Below are positions 1 through 9,905 of a stretch of DNA of 64,000 nt, piece after piece. A program made the position numbers and the translations under genes. This stretch comes from Candidatus Borrarchaeum weybense (GTDB taxonomy: Archaea > Asgardarchaeota > Sifarchaeia > Borrarchaeales > Borrarchaeaceae), in the NCBI GenBank assembly GCA_019057385.1, contig JAHQJS010000006.1, positions 677,038 through 741,037 of the forward strand, in the 5' to 3' direction. The notes beneath the pieces were generated by a model, which did not search any database, was not told where the DNA came from, and saw only the letters and a program-made list of their open reading frames with translations. Each line of letters begins with the position of its first letter. Within the stretch, counting starts at the first letter, position 1.

Positions 1-403
1 TACAAGCTTGAACACCTAAATCTTTCAACGTTTCAGTATTTTCTTCTAATAATAGACCATTTGTGCTTAGACACAATATCAACTCTGGAAAGGCAATATG
101 AATTTTCTCTAGTGTTTTGAATGTATTTTCATTATATAGTGGTTCACCCGGGCCAGCAATACCCGCTACTCTCAACCGTTCATTGTGTGCATATTTTCTG
201 ACTAACTCAACAGCTTCATCAGGCGAAAGAATTTTCGTAGCCACTGAGGGTCTAAAAGCATGATAACTGCAGCCTATTTTTTGGTCACAGTAATTACATT
301 TTATATTGCACTTTGGAGCGACTGGAAGATGAATTCGCCCGTATCTCGAATGGCCGTTGATATAACAAGGATGATTCTGCATTACGTACTGTAAACTGTC
401 CAC
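1..403 (-). CDS. NifB-like radical SAM protein (5' part; runs off the window)
   Basis: Manual translation from GTG 403: MDSLQYVMQNHPCYINGHSRYGRIHLPVAPKCNIKCNYCDQK...FRP...GIAGPGEPL...LCLSTNG; HPC, CxxxCxxC and AGPG motifs typical of the NifB family; not in ORF track. Confidence 0.85.
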   Translation of the reverse strand, partial: MDSLQYVMQNHPCYINGHSRYGRIHLPVAPKCNIKCNYCDQKIGCSYHAFRPSVATKILSPDEAVELVRKYAHNERLRVAGIAGPGEPLYNENTFKTLEKIHIAFPELILCLSTNGLLLEENTETLKDLGVQAC

Positions 404-637
404 TCTTGTCCCTCAATCATATCAATTTGACCCTTAAGTTTAATTAGTAACTGTTTAGGTAATGAAACCTTTTTGTTAAGCGTTTAATTGAAGTACTTTG
501 TGCTGTTTGTTATTGTAAATGCCCAAAAATCGGAAAGAATATGCCGATGGAGAAAGTTTTAACAGTAACAATTTAAGTATTAGATCTTTATATGAGGCTG
601 ATGATGTAGTGCAAGAACATTGAGGAGGTGGGCGCTA

Positions 638-1453
638 ATTTCCACTGTCGAAAGAATGATAGTAGAGTCACGAATGCTTTGCTCTAAATGAATCACGGAA
701 GCGGATCTGATGGGGCTTGACATCGCAAGAATCACATATGTTGATGACACTGGTGAACACAGATTATTGGATAACCCGCTAAAAAGAGTAAATGGTCTCT
801 GGATAAAATGCAATATGAATAATTCTCAGAAGATCATAAAAAGTTGCGATTATTGGGAGATCGTTGACACGACTGCTTCATTTGCAGAAATTAGTGGTCA
901 CAGAATTCGATACAGAGAAACTCATCTGCAATACGATCCCTTGAGGAATATATCCTTATCTCTTAACATCTGTGTGTATTTTCCAAAGCAACCGTTCTTT
1001 GTGCTTGATTACATGATAAAAAATACTTCGAAAAACTCATCACTTACTGATGTTTCTCTTTATTGGCTCATAGACCTTGATATCGAGGGTAAGGAGAGTT
1101 ACAAAGATAATTTTGCACGGTACGATGATGACATAATTTACCAATACCATTCGCGATCTAATGTTCATGCGGGCTTCTGTAGTACAATTAAATCATCCCG
1201 GTATGAATGTAACAGTCCTTATGGACTCAGAATCAAATCACATCACCTTAACTTAGGAAACATCAACTTTCGAGGTCCTGATGACTGTTCAATTGGCTTA
1301 CAATGGGATTTTGGACAGCTATCGCCTCAAAAAACGATCAACTTACCAGTGGTTTTTGCAGCAGGTATGGATAAAACACATTTCCACTCGAACATGGAGC
1401 AAGGTATTGCGCTATTAAATAAAATAAAAAATACAAATGATTCCACCTCTTAA
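638..1453 (+). CDS. Candidate selenoprotein of unknown family (C-S-K-U motif, in-frame TGA 689-691); ORF track shows only 710..1453
   Basis: GGAGGTG at 624-630 followed by in-frame ATT 638, ATG 656, ATG 674; frame reads STVERMIVESRMLCSK(TGA)ITEADLMGLDIAR; SECIS-like hairpin at 1437-1472. Confidence 0.7.
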
Positions 1454-1472
1454 AGCCTCTTGAGGTGGGAGA
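1437..1472 (+). promoter_or_regulatory. Eukaryote-type SECIS element overlapping the stop codon of the candidate selenoprotein
   Basis: ATGA-TTCCACCTC-TT-AAA-GCCTCTT-GAGGTGGGA-GA: 9-bp stem (1441-1449/1462-1470), AUGA/GA core, AAA 11 nt after AUGA. Confidence 0.75.
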
Positions 1473-1528
1473 TGGGCGATGAACGCGACCGCCAGGAGAT
1501 TTATACATTATATTTAGGAGAAATAAAA

Positions 1529-1957
1529 ATGGACATAGAAGGTTATGTATTTCCTGATGATCTCTATTATTCCGACCAGTTTTTATGGATTCGCATAGAA
1601 AGTGACAATTTGGCGATAATCGGACTCAATGAACTTGCTGTAAAAGCGGTTAAAGAGTTTGCGCTCATCGAAATCTTCTATCCAGTTGGGTATGAAATAA
1701 CTGCGGGGAAGCCAATAGGGGCATCGGATTCGTGGAAGGGCTCTTTAACTCTTTACAACCCAATTTCTGGTAAAATAGTAGAAGTGAATCAAGATGTAGA
1801 ATATGATCCTCAATTGGTTATAACAGATCCGTATGGAGCAGGATGGTTTTTTAAAATCTCACCTATTAATTTGCTTGCAGACAAAGAAGCGTTAATGAAG
1901 GGAGGAAGCCCAGAACTCGTTAAATGGGTGAAGGCTACTATAAAAAAGTTAGTTTAA
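1529..1957 (+). CDS. gcvH: Glycine cleavage H-like lipoyl carrier protein
   Basis: PDDLYYS..LWIR..AIIGL..GASDSWKGSLTLYNPISGKIVEVN..DPYGAGW; Lys at lipoylation position; ATG 1529 follows AGGAG (ORF track starts at 1460). Confidence 0.85.
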   Translation: MDIEGYVFPDDLYYSDQFLWIRIESDNLAIIGLNELAVKAVKEFALIEIFYPVGYEITAGKPIGASDSWKGSLTLYNPISGKIVEVNQDVEYDPQLVITDPYGAGWFFKISPINLLADKEALMKGGSPELVKWVKATIKKLV

Positions 1958-2002
1958 CATTGCTTTTCCTGGAGGCTATAACAAATTTCCTTTTATCGCT
2001 GT

Positions 2003-3337
2003 TTATGAGAGAGGATGTTTACTGAGAAGTTCATCTAATCGTTTTACAGTTGTGTTAATATCTGTTTTCTCTACTCCAATAGCAGCATTAATTGTAAGAT
2101 ATTGGGTTGGATATGTGTCATGGCATGTTCCAAAAGTAGAGTCTGCCTTAGGTAACCCGCGCGGTCCTGTTACTCGTAAAGTGTATAATTGCGCACCTAA
2201 TTTATGCGCGATTCTTGGTTCTGTAATTGTCATTGCTACAGCGATAGTACTATCTACTTCAAGTAAACGCTCTCCATGTTTTTCTGCCGTCTCTTCAAGT
2301 CTTGTTTTCAATAAATTATAGCATTCATTTTGTTGCTGTATTAATTCTCTATATCCATTCTCTCCTAATGATAGAATCGCGGCCAGAAATTGTACAACTG
2401 GTGCAGCAGTTGCACGTCCCGCGTATGAATGCGCTACTCTTTTAAGAAATTCTTCATCAGGTCCAGCTATAATAGATCCGCCAACAGGGCACAGAAAATT
2501 CTTGTCAGTAGATTGGATTATTGCATCTACACGTCCTTTAAAAATCGCGCTTCTTATCATCTTCATTATCACAGGTGATTGCACGCCATAAGCATTATTT
2601 ATTACATGTGGGATCCTCTTTTCTTTTGCTATTTTTGCTATTGAAATTACATCATCAGGCTGTCGTGGTGGGAAAAAGGTAGTTGTTGTCAAAATCGCAG
2701 AGGTGTGTTCATCTATTGCTGCTTCAACATCATTTGGATCAGAAATAACAGCATCACCGTCTAATTTACATTGTATAATTTTCGGTTGCAAATCAACAAG
2801 TGAAATACCGTTTAACGGTGATTCATGATCTATTCGAGGATAAACGACCTCTTGTCCTCCTGTAAGATCCCGTGCAACTTTTAATGCCAGACCAATGCTC
2901 ATACCAGTAGCTAGAGGGATGATGTATGCCCCTGAAATATTTTCAATTCCAAATTTTTTGAGTAAGTCTGTCGCAAGTCTGTTAGCGATCTGATACATTA
3001 AAGATCCGCCTGCTGCCTTTGGTTGAGGATCTATTAATACACCACTTCTTCCAACTCCATGATTAAATCCCGCAGCTAATTCTGAAACTAAAGGCGATGC
3101 AATTCTCGCTTCCCGTTCGCCGATTCGCGCCGCCTTAGGATCCTTATCTGTATCCATAGATGACAAAACCTTGAGCAATAATCTAATTGACTCATCAGAC
3201 CATCCCTCTTTTGGAAGTGTTCTTTGTTCAAAAAGCCTTTTTATAGGTTTTATTAGCGTTTCTTCCAAAACAATAAGACCACGATCCAGCATGTGAGGTG
3301 GTATTAATCCTAAAAGAAGTTCTTTTGGTAACTTCAT
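2003..3337 (-). CDS. spcS: O-phosphoseryl-tRNA(Sec) selenium transferase SepSecS
   Basis: IGEREAR, HGVGRSG..QPKAAGGS, NNAYG, QSTDKNF (PLP lysine), YAGRA motifs; 444 aa. Confidence 0.95.
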   Translation of the reverse strand: MKLPKELLLGLIPPHMLDRGLIVLEETLIKPIKRLFEQRTLPKEGWSDESIRLLLKVLSSMDTDKDPKAARIGEREARIASPLVSELAAGFNHGVGRSGVLIDPQPKAAGGSLMYQIANRLATDLLKKFGIENISGAYIIPLATGMSIGLALKVARDLTGGQEVVYPRIDHESPLNGISLVDLQPKIIQCKLDGDAVISDPNDVEAAIDEHTSAILTTTTFFPPRQPDDVISIAKIAKEKRIPHVINNAYGVQSPVIMKMIRSAIFKGRVDAIIQSTDKNFLCPVGGSIIAGPDEEFLKRVAHSYAGRATAAPVVQFLAAILSLGENGYRELIQQQNECYNLLKTRLEETAEKHGERLLEVDSTIAVAMTITEPRIAHKLGAQLYTLRVTGPRGLPKADSTFGTCHDTYPTQYLTINAAIGVEKTDINTTVKRLDELLSKHPLS

Positions 3338-3598
3338 AGGAATCCCCTATTATATGTTATATGGTACTATTAGATAGTTTTCTTGCTCTTCAAATCAAGA
3401 TATAGTTCATTATAGTTCATTGTAGTTTATAAGATAAACCTTTTAAACCCTAAACTGTAGAATCCACTCGAACAACTAAAATAATCATTAATCATTAGTA
3501 GAAAGAAATTTAAAATGCTAGGCTTTGTCGTTTGAGGATATTGTTTTGATGTTCAATGAACATTTTACTATAAGTAGATGATAAGAGAGTGAGCTGAA

Positions 3599-4738
3599 AT
3601 GACTTTAGAAGTTGAACTTAAACTAGGCCCATTTACAGATTTAAAGGCTGATGTTATTGATAAAGGAAAGTGTACTGGTTGTGGTAGTTGCGTTGCTGTC
3701 TGCCCAACTCAAGTTATAAAATTTATTGATGACATTCCAACTCTTCAAGAAGTTCCTGGGGAGATTCCTGAGGGGGAACCACCCGTAGGCAAATGTATTG
3801 AGTGTAAACTTTGTTATTTTGTGTGCCCTGTCACAGAATCACTTGAGCCGCGTATGCAAGAATTATTTGGTACAGAAGATGTTTTTGGTACTTATCTAAA
3901 TCTCTACAAAGCTAAAACTAAGGTACCTGAGATCGCCGAAGTCGCTCAAGATGGAGGTATAGTCTCCACAATCTTAGCATTTGCATTTCAAAAAGGACTC
4001 ATAGATGGAGCTATAGTCTCTGAAGCAAGTGAGGAGAACCCATGGGTTCCAAAACCAAAGATCATTACTTCATATGAGGAATTAATGAAATCTGCCGGTA
4101 CGCGTTACTCACTCAGTCCTAATATTATTTCCCTTGCCCAATATAGGGAAGTTGTTGAGGAGTTATTAGTGAAACATCCGGTAGGCGAAGATTGGCTACG
4201 ATTGGCGTTTGTTGGAACGCCTTGTCAAGCACATGGCATAAGAAAGATGCATAATGCCTTGGAAGGTGCGGATATCCGCCCAGCAAATTTAGTTGTTTTA
4301 AATATTGGACTATTTTGTATGGAAAACTTCGATGCGAAGAAGTTGCATCAACTTATCTTAGATAAGACAGGCGCGACCATCGATCAGATACGCAAAATGG
4401 ATATTAAAAAAGGCGCTTTGCACATCTTTCCAAAAGATGGAGGAGACGCAAAAACTATACCCCTAGAGGAGACTACAGAGGCTGTAAGAAGTGGCTGTCA
4501 TTCATGCGAAGATCTTACTGCTTGGTATGCAGATATAAGTGTTGGAAGTATAGGCACGCCCGGTGGCTGGTCAACCGTCTTCGTCCGTACACAAAAAGGC
4601 AAAGATATCTTTGAAGGCGCCGTTAGAGCGAACATGATCAAAAAAGAGTCTCTTACAGAGAAAGGAGAGAGTTTATTACGCCGATTAACAAGTAAAAAAC
4701 AAGAAACAGGCAAAAAATACAAAGAAACTCATGTCTGA
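3599..4738 (+). CDS. Coenzyme F420 hydrogenase/dehydrogenase beta subunit (FrhB family) with N-terminal ferredoxin
   Basis: CTGCGSCVAVCP, CIECKLCYFVCP, AQDGGIVS, AGTRY, VGTPCQ, IGLFCMENF, CHSCED, ADISVGSIG. Confidence 0.9.
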   Translation: MTLEVELKLGPFTDLKADVIDKGKCTGCGSCVAVCPTQVIKFIDDIPTLQEVPGEIPEGEPPVGKCIECKLCYFVCPVTESLEPRMQELFGTEDVFGTYLNLYKAKTKVPEIAEVAQDGGIVSTILAFAFQKGLIDGAIVSEASEENPWVPKPKIITSYEELMKSAGTRYSLSPNIISLAQYREVVEELLVKHPVGEDWLRLAFVGTPCQAHGIRKMHNALEGADIRPANLVVLNIGLFCMENFDAKKLHQLILDKTGATIDQIRKMDIKKGALHIFPKDGGDAKTIPLEETTEAVRSGCHSCEDLTAWYADISVGSIGTPGGWSTVFVRTQKGKDIFEGAVRANMIKKESLTEKGESLLRRLTSKKQETGKKYKETHV

Positions 4739-4782
4739 TTAATTTCATCATTTAATTAAATGTTTTAGTGGAGTGACGGTTC

Positions 4783-6780
4783 ATGAGTGAAGAAGTACTT
4801 CAAAAAAGCAAAGATGAAGAACCCCGAATTGGCGTTTACATTTGTCATTGTGGAAAGAACATAGCAGGAACAGTAGATAGCGAATCAGTTGCTGAATATG
4901 CAGCAAAATTACCAAATGTTGTAACTGCTAAGGATTATTTGTATACATGTTCTGAGCCTGGACAAAATATGATTCGGGATGATATCAAAGAACTTGGATT
5001 AAACCGCGTTGTTGTTGCGGCTTGTAGTCCAAAAATGCATGAAAATACCTTTAGAAAAACGATTACTGATTCTGGTCTAAATCCTTATGTTCTTGAAGTT
5101 GCAAATATTCGGGAGCAATGTAGCTGGTGTCATATGAATGAAAAAGAAAAAGCTACCGATAAAGCAAAGGACCTAGTACGTATGGCTGTTTTTAGAGCAA
5201 GCGACCTTGAACCACTAGAAAAGATGACTATACCTGTGGATAAATCAAGTTTAGTTATTGGCGGTGGAATTGCAGGAATCGAAACTGCGTTAGATATGGC
5301 TGATGCAGGCCTAAAGGTCTACTTAGTTGAGAGGGAGGTCAGCATTGGAGGAAAAATGGCGCAGTTAGACAAGACATTCCCAACACTCGACTGTTCTGCT
5401 TGTATTCTAACGCCAAAAATGGTTTCAGCATCTCGACATCCTAATATTACGCTTCTCACCTATTCTGAGGTAAAGCATGTAGATGGATATGTCGGAAATT
5501 TCAAGGTAACTGTTGAGAAAAAACCTCGCTATGTTGACATAGACGCTTGTACTGGGTGTGGCGAATGCGCCATTGTATGCCCAGTGAGAATTCCTAACGA
5601 ATTTGATATGAACCGCGGCAAGAGAGCGGCAATTGACGTTCCATTTCCTCAAGCAGTCCCGCTAAAATACGCGATTGATTCTGAGCACTGTCTTTACTTT
5701 AAAAACAAACTATGCACCACATGCAAACAGTTATGTCCTAAAAATGCCATAGATTACGATCAAGAGCCAGAAATAGTTGAATTAACTGTTGGTTCAATAG
5801 TAGTCGCCACGGGTTGCGATACCTTTGATGCTTCTAAGATCCCAGAACTAGGATATGAACGATATCCCAACGTCATTACGAATATGGACTTTGAACGGAT
5901 AGTTAATGCAGGCGGTCCGACGGAGGGCCACATCCTTAGACCTTCGGACAACAAGGAACCTAAGTCGGTAGCCTTTATTCAATGTGTAGGCGCACGAGAC
6001 GAAGAAAACGAATTGTACTGTTGCAGATATGGATGCATGGCTGCAATGAAGCAAGCGTATTTGTTAAAGGAGAAACTCGGACCTGACACAGATGTTTACA
6101 TCTGTTACATTGATCTCCGCTCCTTTGGTAAAGGATACGAAGAATTTTATCGAAAAATAAGGAACATGGGTGTCAAATTCATCAGAGGACAGCCATCTGA
6201 GATCTTACAAAATCCAGACGGATCACTAGTCTTCAATGTATACGATTCCAATATAGCTCGTCATATGGAAATAACTGTTGATATGGCTGTTCTTACCCTC
6301 GCATTAACACCACCTAAAGGAATTGATGAACTCCAACAAATCTTACGAATCTCAAGAGGTGCCGATGGTTACTTCCTAGAGGCCCACGTCAAATTACAGC
6401 CAGCAGAAACGCATACAAGAGGAATTATGCTTGCTGGAACTTGTATGGCACCTAGAGATATCACTGATACGGTATCACACGCAGCTAATGCTGCTGCCAA
6501 GGCAATTGATCTATTAGCTGCAGGTGAAGTTGAAATTGAACCGATTACTGCATGGGTTGACAAAGATATATGCAGTGGTTGTGGTGTGTGCCTTGATGTA
6601 TGTCCTTACTCTGCTATTAAAGGTGTTGATGTCGAAGGACACAGACGTGCGGAAGTAATTGATGCCCTGTGTACAGGTTGCGGCACATGTGGAGCTGCTT
6701 GTCCATCAAATGCAATAACAAATAGACATTATACTAGAAAACAACTGATGGATCAGGTAATAGCGGCTTTGGAGACTTAA
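4783..6780 (+). CDS. hdrA: Heterodisulfide reductase subunit A (Cys form)
   Basis: [43 protein letters not shown], ferredoxin motifs; 665 aa. Confidence 0.95.
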   Translation: MSEEVLQKSKDEEPRIGVYICHCGKNIAGTVDSESVAEYAAKLPNVVTAKDYLYTCSEPGQNMIRDDIKELGLNRVVVAACSPKMHENTFRKTITDSGLNPYVLEVANIREQCSWCHMNEKEKATDKAKDLVRMAVFRASDLEPLEKMTIPVDKSSLVIGGGIAGIETALDMADAGLKVYLVEREVSIGGKMAQLDKTFPTLDCSACILTPKMVSASRHPNITLLTYSEVKHVDGYVGNFKVTVEKKPRYVDIDACTGCGECAIVCPVRIPNEFDMNRGKRAAIDVPFPQAVPLKYAIDSEHCLYFKNKLCTTCKQLCPKNAIDYDQEPEIVELTVGSIVVATGCDTFDASKIPELGYERYPNVITNMDFERIVNAGGPTEGHILRPSDNKEPKSVAFIQCVGARDEENELYCCRYGCMAAMKQAYLLKEKLGPDTDVYICYIDLRSFGKGYEEFYRKIRNMGVKFIRGQPSEILQNPDGSLVFNVYDSNIARHMEITVDMAVLTLALTPPKGIDELQQILRISRGADGYFLEAHVKLQPAETHTRGIMLAGTCMAPRDITDTVSHAANAAAKAIDLLAAGEVEIEPITAWVDKDICSGCGVCLDVCPYSAIKGVDVEGHRRAEVIDALCTGCGTCGAACPSNAITNRHYTRKQLMDQVIAALET

Positions 6781-6794
6781 AGGAGGAAAATGTC

Positions 6795-7247
6795 ATGACA
6801 GAAGCTGTTATGGTAAAAAAGGAAAAAATCGTAGAAAACTTTGAACCCAAGATCGTAGGTTTCCTTTGTAACTGGTGTTGCTATGGTGGCGCTGATATGG
6901 CTGGTCTTGGTAGAATGCAGTATCCGACTAACATTAGAATCATAAGAGTCATGTGCTCTGGACGCGTTGACCCTGAGTTTATTCTCGAAGCATTTCGAAG
7001 AGGAGCCGATGGTGTGTTCATCGGAGGATGCCACCTAGGAGATTGCCACTACGTCGAGGGCAATTACAGGACTCAAAGACGAGTTATTTTGCTCAAGGAG
7101 TACTTAAGTTCAATGAACATTAATCCAGAGCGTCTTCGTTTGGAGTGGGTTTCTGCTTCTGAGGGTGAGAAATTCACGAGAGTAGTAAAGGATTTCGTTA
7201 AAGTATTGAAGGAGTTAGGGCCCTTTGATGGCTCCGATAAAGAATAA
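6795..7247 (+). CDS. vhuD: F420-non-reducing hydrogenase [2Fe-2S] subunit D (Cys form)
   Basis: [37 protein letters not shown]. Confidence 0.95.
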   Translation: MTEAVMVKKEKIVENFEPKIVGFLCNWCCYGGADMAGLGRMQYPTNIRIIRVMCSGRVDPEFILEAFRRGADGVFIGGCHLGDCHYVEGNYRTQRRVILLKEYLSSMNINPERLRLEWVSASEGEKFTRVVKDFVKVLKELGPFDGSDKE

Positions 7248-7405
7248 AGAAGTCACAAATTATCTGTAATGAACAATAATGATGAATGATGATATTTTGG
7301 CGTTCGTCATTAACAATAATGAAGATTTAAATAAACAAAACATGTTAATGAAAGGAAAAGAATGTGAAAAGGTAACATAATAATGAATGGAAGAGGTTGA
7401 TTTTT

Positions 7406-8374
7406 ATGCCATTGAAAGTAGCTTTTTTGCAGCTTGCGAGCTGCTGGGGTTGTCATCAGAGTCTTGTGGACATGCATGAGAAACTCCTAGATGTAGTGCC
7501 CCACTTGGAAATTGTCCATTGGGCGGCTGTGGTCGACTACAAGTACAAAGACCTTGAAGCCCTTCCTGATGGAGAAATTGACATCGGTTTTGTCGAAGGC
7601 TGTAGCAGAACAGAAGAAGACGTGCATCATCTCAAAGTACTGCGGAAGAAATCAAAAGCGGTAATTGCATTCGGAACTTGCTCTTGTTTCGGTGGAGTTT
7701 ATGGCATGGCAAACTCATATTCAATTGAAGCTTGCAAAGAACGAAAATTCCTCACCGCAGATACAGTTGTTGAGGGAACAATCCCTACGCATGATGTACC
7801 TGATTTCGAACCATTCATCATTCCTAACGACGAGATAGTTCCAGTGGATCTTCATATCTGGGGATGTCCGCCCGAGACTGAAGTCATTCTCAAGGTCGTT
7901 GGTGGTGTTCTTGAACATGGACTCGGCACGGTTGTTAGCATCTTACAAGAGCACGGAGAAGAATACCTCTGGTCTGAGGTATTGGGGTTCCCGGTGAAAA
8001 CTCAATGTGATGAATGTGAGCGTACTCGTGAGGAGAAAAAACTTACAGTGATAAAACGAGATTTCGAAGGCATTCCTGACCCAGAAAAATGCCTTCTAGA
8101 ACAAGGTTACATTTGTATGGGTCCTGCCACTCGTGCGGGATGTGGTGTGAGATGTCCGAACGCTGGTGTACCTTGTACTGGATGCTGGGGTCCTGCGCCT
8201 AACGTCAGAGATCAAGGATCTAAGATGATGAGTGCATTAGCTAGTATTTGTAAAGATATTGACCCTGAAGATTTCCGGAAAATGGTGCCTGATACTGTAG
8301 GAACATTTTACAAGTTCTTTTTAGCTAAAGCACTCCTCCCACGTATGGTAAAAGAAAAGAGTATGGAGGTATAA
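7406..8374 (+). CDS. vhuG: F420-non-reducing [NiFe(Se)] hydrogenase small subunit
   Basis: SCWGC, FGTCSCFGG, GCPP, CDEC, CLLEQGYICMGPATRAGC..CTGCWG. Confidence 0.92.
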   Translation: MPLKVAFLQLASCWGCHQSLVDMHEKLLDVVPHLEIVHWAAVVDYKYKDLEALPDGEIDIGFVEGCSRTEEDVHHLKVLRKKSKAVIAFGTCSCFGGVYGMANSYSIEACKERKFLTADTVVEGTIPTHDVPDFEPFIIPNDEIVPVDLHIWGCPPETEVILKVVGGVLEHGLGTVVSILQEHGEEYLWSEVLGFPVKTQCDECERTREEKKLTVIKRDFEGIPDPEKCLLEQGYICMGPATRAGCGVRCPNAGVPCTGCWGPAPNVRDQGSKMMSALASICKDIDPEDFRKMVPDTVGTFYKFFLAKALLPRMVKEKSMEV

Positions 8375-8379
8375 GAAAT

Positions 8380-9687
8380 ATGCCTACAATTAAGATCGAA
8401 CCCGTAACACGGTTGGAAGGACATTTAAATGTAACAATAGAATTAACAGATGATGGGAAAGTAAAAGATGCGCAAGCACGGGTGACACTTACACGTTTCT
8501 TCGAAAAGTTTTTGGAAGGTCGCTTGATGGAACATGCGCCTCGTATTGTGCCACGTATCTGTGGTATTTGCCCTGAAGCACATCACTTAGCTTCTATAAA
8601 GGCAGTAGAGGACGCATGGGATATTACACCCCCCATTGCTGCCCACAAACTACGAGAACTTCTACTTCAAGCTAAAATGATTTCAAGTCATGCAATCCAC
8701 TTTTATGCTTTGGCAGCGCCTGACTTTATCTTTGGTCCATTTGCAGATCCAGCAGTGCGCAACTTGATTGGCATTATTCAGAATATGCCTGAAGAAGCAA
8801 AGAAGGCTATTGAGCTCATGCGATTCGGACAAGACCTCTGTCATACAATCGGAGGTAGAGCTGTACATCCAGTTACTGCAATCCCAGGAGGACAATCCTA
8901 TCGATTTTCAGAAGAATCACGGGACGAATACTTAAAGAGAGTGGATCGTATCATCGAGTTATGCGAATGGAGTCTTGAACTCGGGAAAAAAGTAACAACT
9001 GATTATCTTGATGTTGCGACAAAGGTTGGGGTGCTCCCAACGCATTATGTTGGTCTGGCAAATAATGGAGTTCATAGTTACTTTGATGGAACAGTGCGCG
9101 TAATGAACCCCGAAGGCAAAATTGTCGAGGATTTCAAACCACAAGACTACAAGGACTACATGGGCGAATATGTGACCGATCACAGTTACACAACACATGT
9201 CTTCTACAAACCCGCTGGCTACCCTGCAGGAATTTGGAGAGCAAACACCTTAGCTAGAATCAATGTTGTTGACAAAATGGAAACACCGATAGCACAAAAA
9301 GAATTGGAACTCTTCAGAGAAACTTTAGGACGTCCAAGTCACCATACATTTGCATATCACTGGGCCCGTCTCATCGAGATGCTTGAATCTGCAGAAAAAA
9401 CTAAGATCCTATTGGAAGATCCAGATATCGTCAGCACAGATATTAAATTAGCCGATATCGAGCCCAAAGAAGGCGAAGGTGTAGGTATTGTTGAAGCACC
9501 TCGCGGAACGCTTACCCACAACTATTGGTCTGATGCGAACGGAGTAATAACGAAAGCTAATCTCATTGTAGCGACGAACCACAATCTCCACGCAATTGAA
9601 GTCGGATTAAAACAACTGGCTAAGAAAGTTTTCGAAGAAGGAATCGTAAACGAACTTAAATTACCAGAGCCTATGGTCAAAACATAA
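8380..9687 (+). CDS. vhuA: F420-non-reducing hydrogenase large subunit lacking the C-terminal Ni-binding motif (split type)
   Basis: EPVTRLEGH, RICGICPEAH, EAPRGTLTH; ends ...PEPMVKT with no DPCxxC, which is supplied by the next small gene. Confidence 0.92.
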   Translation: MPTIKIEPVTRLEGHLNVTIELTDDGKVKDAQARVTLTRFFEKFLEGRLMEHAPRIVPRICGICPEAHHLASIKAVEDAWDITPPIAAHKLRELLLQAKMISSHAIHFYALAAPDFIFGPFADPAVRNLIGIIQNMPEEAKKAIELMRFGQDLCHTIGGRAVHPVTAIPGGQSYRFSEESRDEYLKRVDRIIELCEWSLELGKKVTTDYLDVATKVGVLPTHYVGLANNGVHSYFDGTVRVMNPEGKIVEDFKPQDYKDYMGEYVTDHSYTTHVFYKPAGYPAGIWRANTLARINVVDKMETPIAQKELELFRETLGRPSHHTFAYHWARLIEMLESAEKTKILLEDPDIVSTDIKLADIEPKEGEGVGIVEAPRGTLTHNYWSDANGVITKANLIVATNHNLHAIEVGLKQLAKKVFEEGIVNELKLPEPMVKT

Positions 9688-9755
9688 ACAAAGAGAGGAC
9701 GAAGTACAAGAGAGAAATTAAAATTATTAATGAAAATTTAAAGAGAGGCGATTAT

Positions 9756-9905
9756 ATGGTTGAAATTGATGAGAAACTTCTTAACCTGTTCGAAATGTTA
9801 ATACGCTGTTATGACTGTTGAATAGCTTGTAGTGCTCATCTCATTGTCAAAGATGAGAAGGGTAACGTACTTGCAAAGAAGGATATGGTCATTGCAACAG
9901 GATGA
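9756..9905 (+). CDS. vhuU: Selenocysteine-containing hydrogenase subunit U (49 aa, Sec at TGA 9819-9821)
   Basis: MVEIDEKLLNLFEMLIRCYDC(TGA)IACSAHLIVKDEKGNVLAKKDMVIATG; matches the RxYDxUxxCxxH motif missing from VhuA; GAGG upstream; SepSecS nearby. Confidence 0.92.

Noticed and set aside
598-623. Box C/D-like K-turn (CTGATGA..TTGA) in the 5' leader of the CxxU gene
   Set aside because: Short stem could be chance, and a much better SECIS exists at 1437-1472.
4783-7247. Sec in HdrA or VhuD
   Set aside because: Both frames are uninterrupted with Cys codons at all motif positions.
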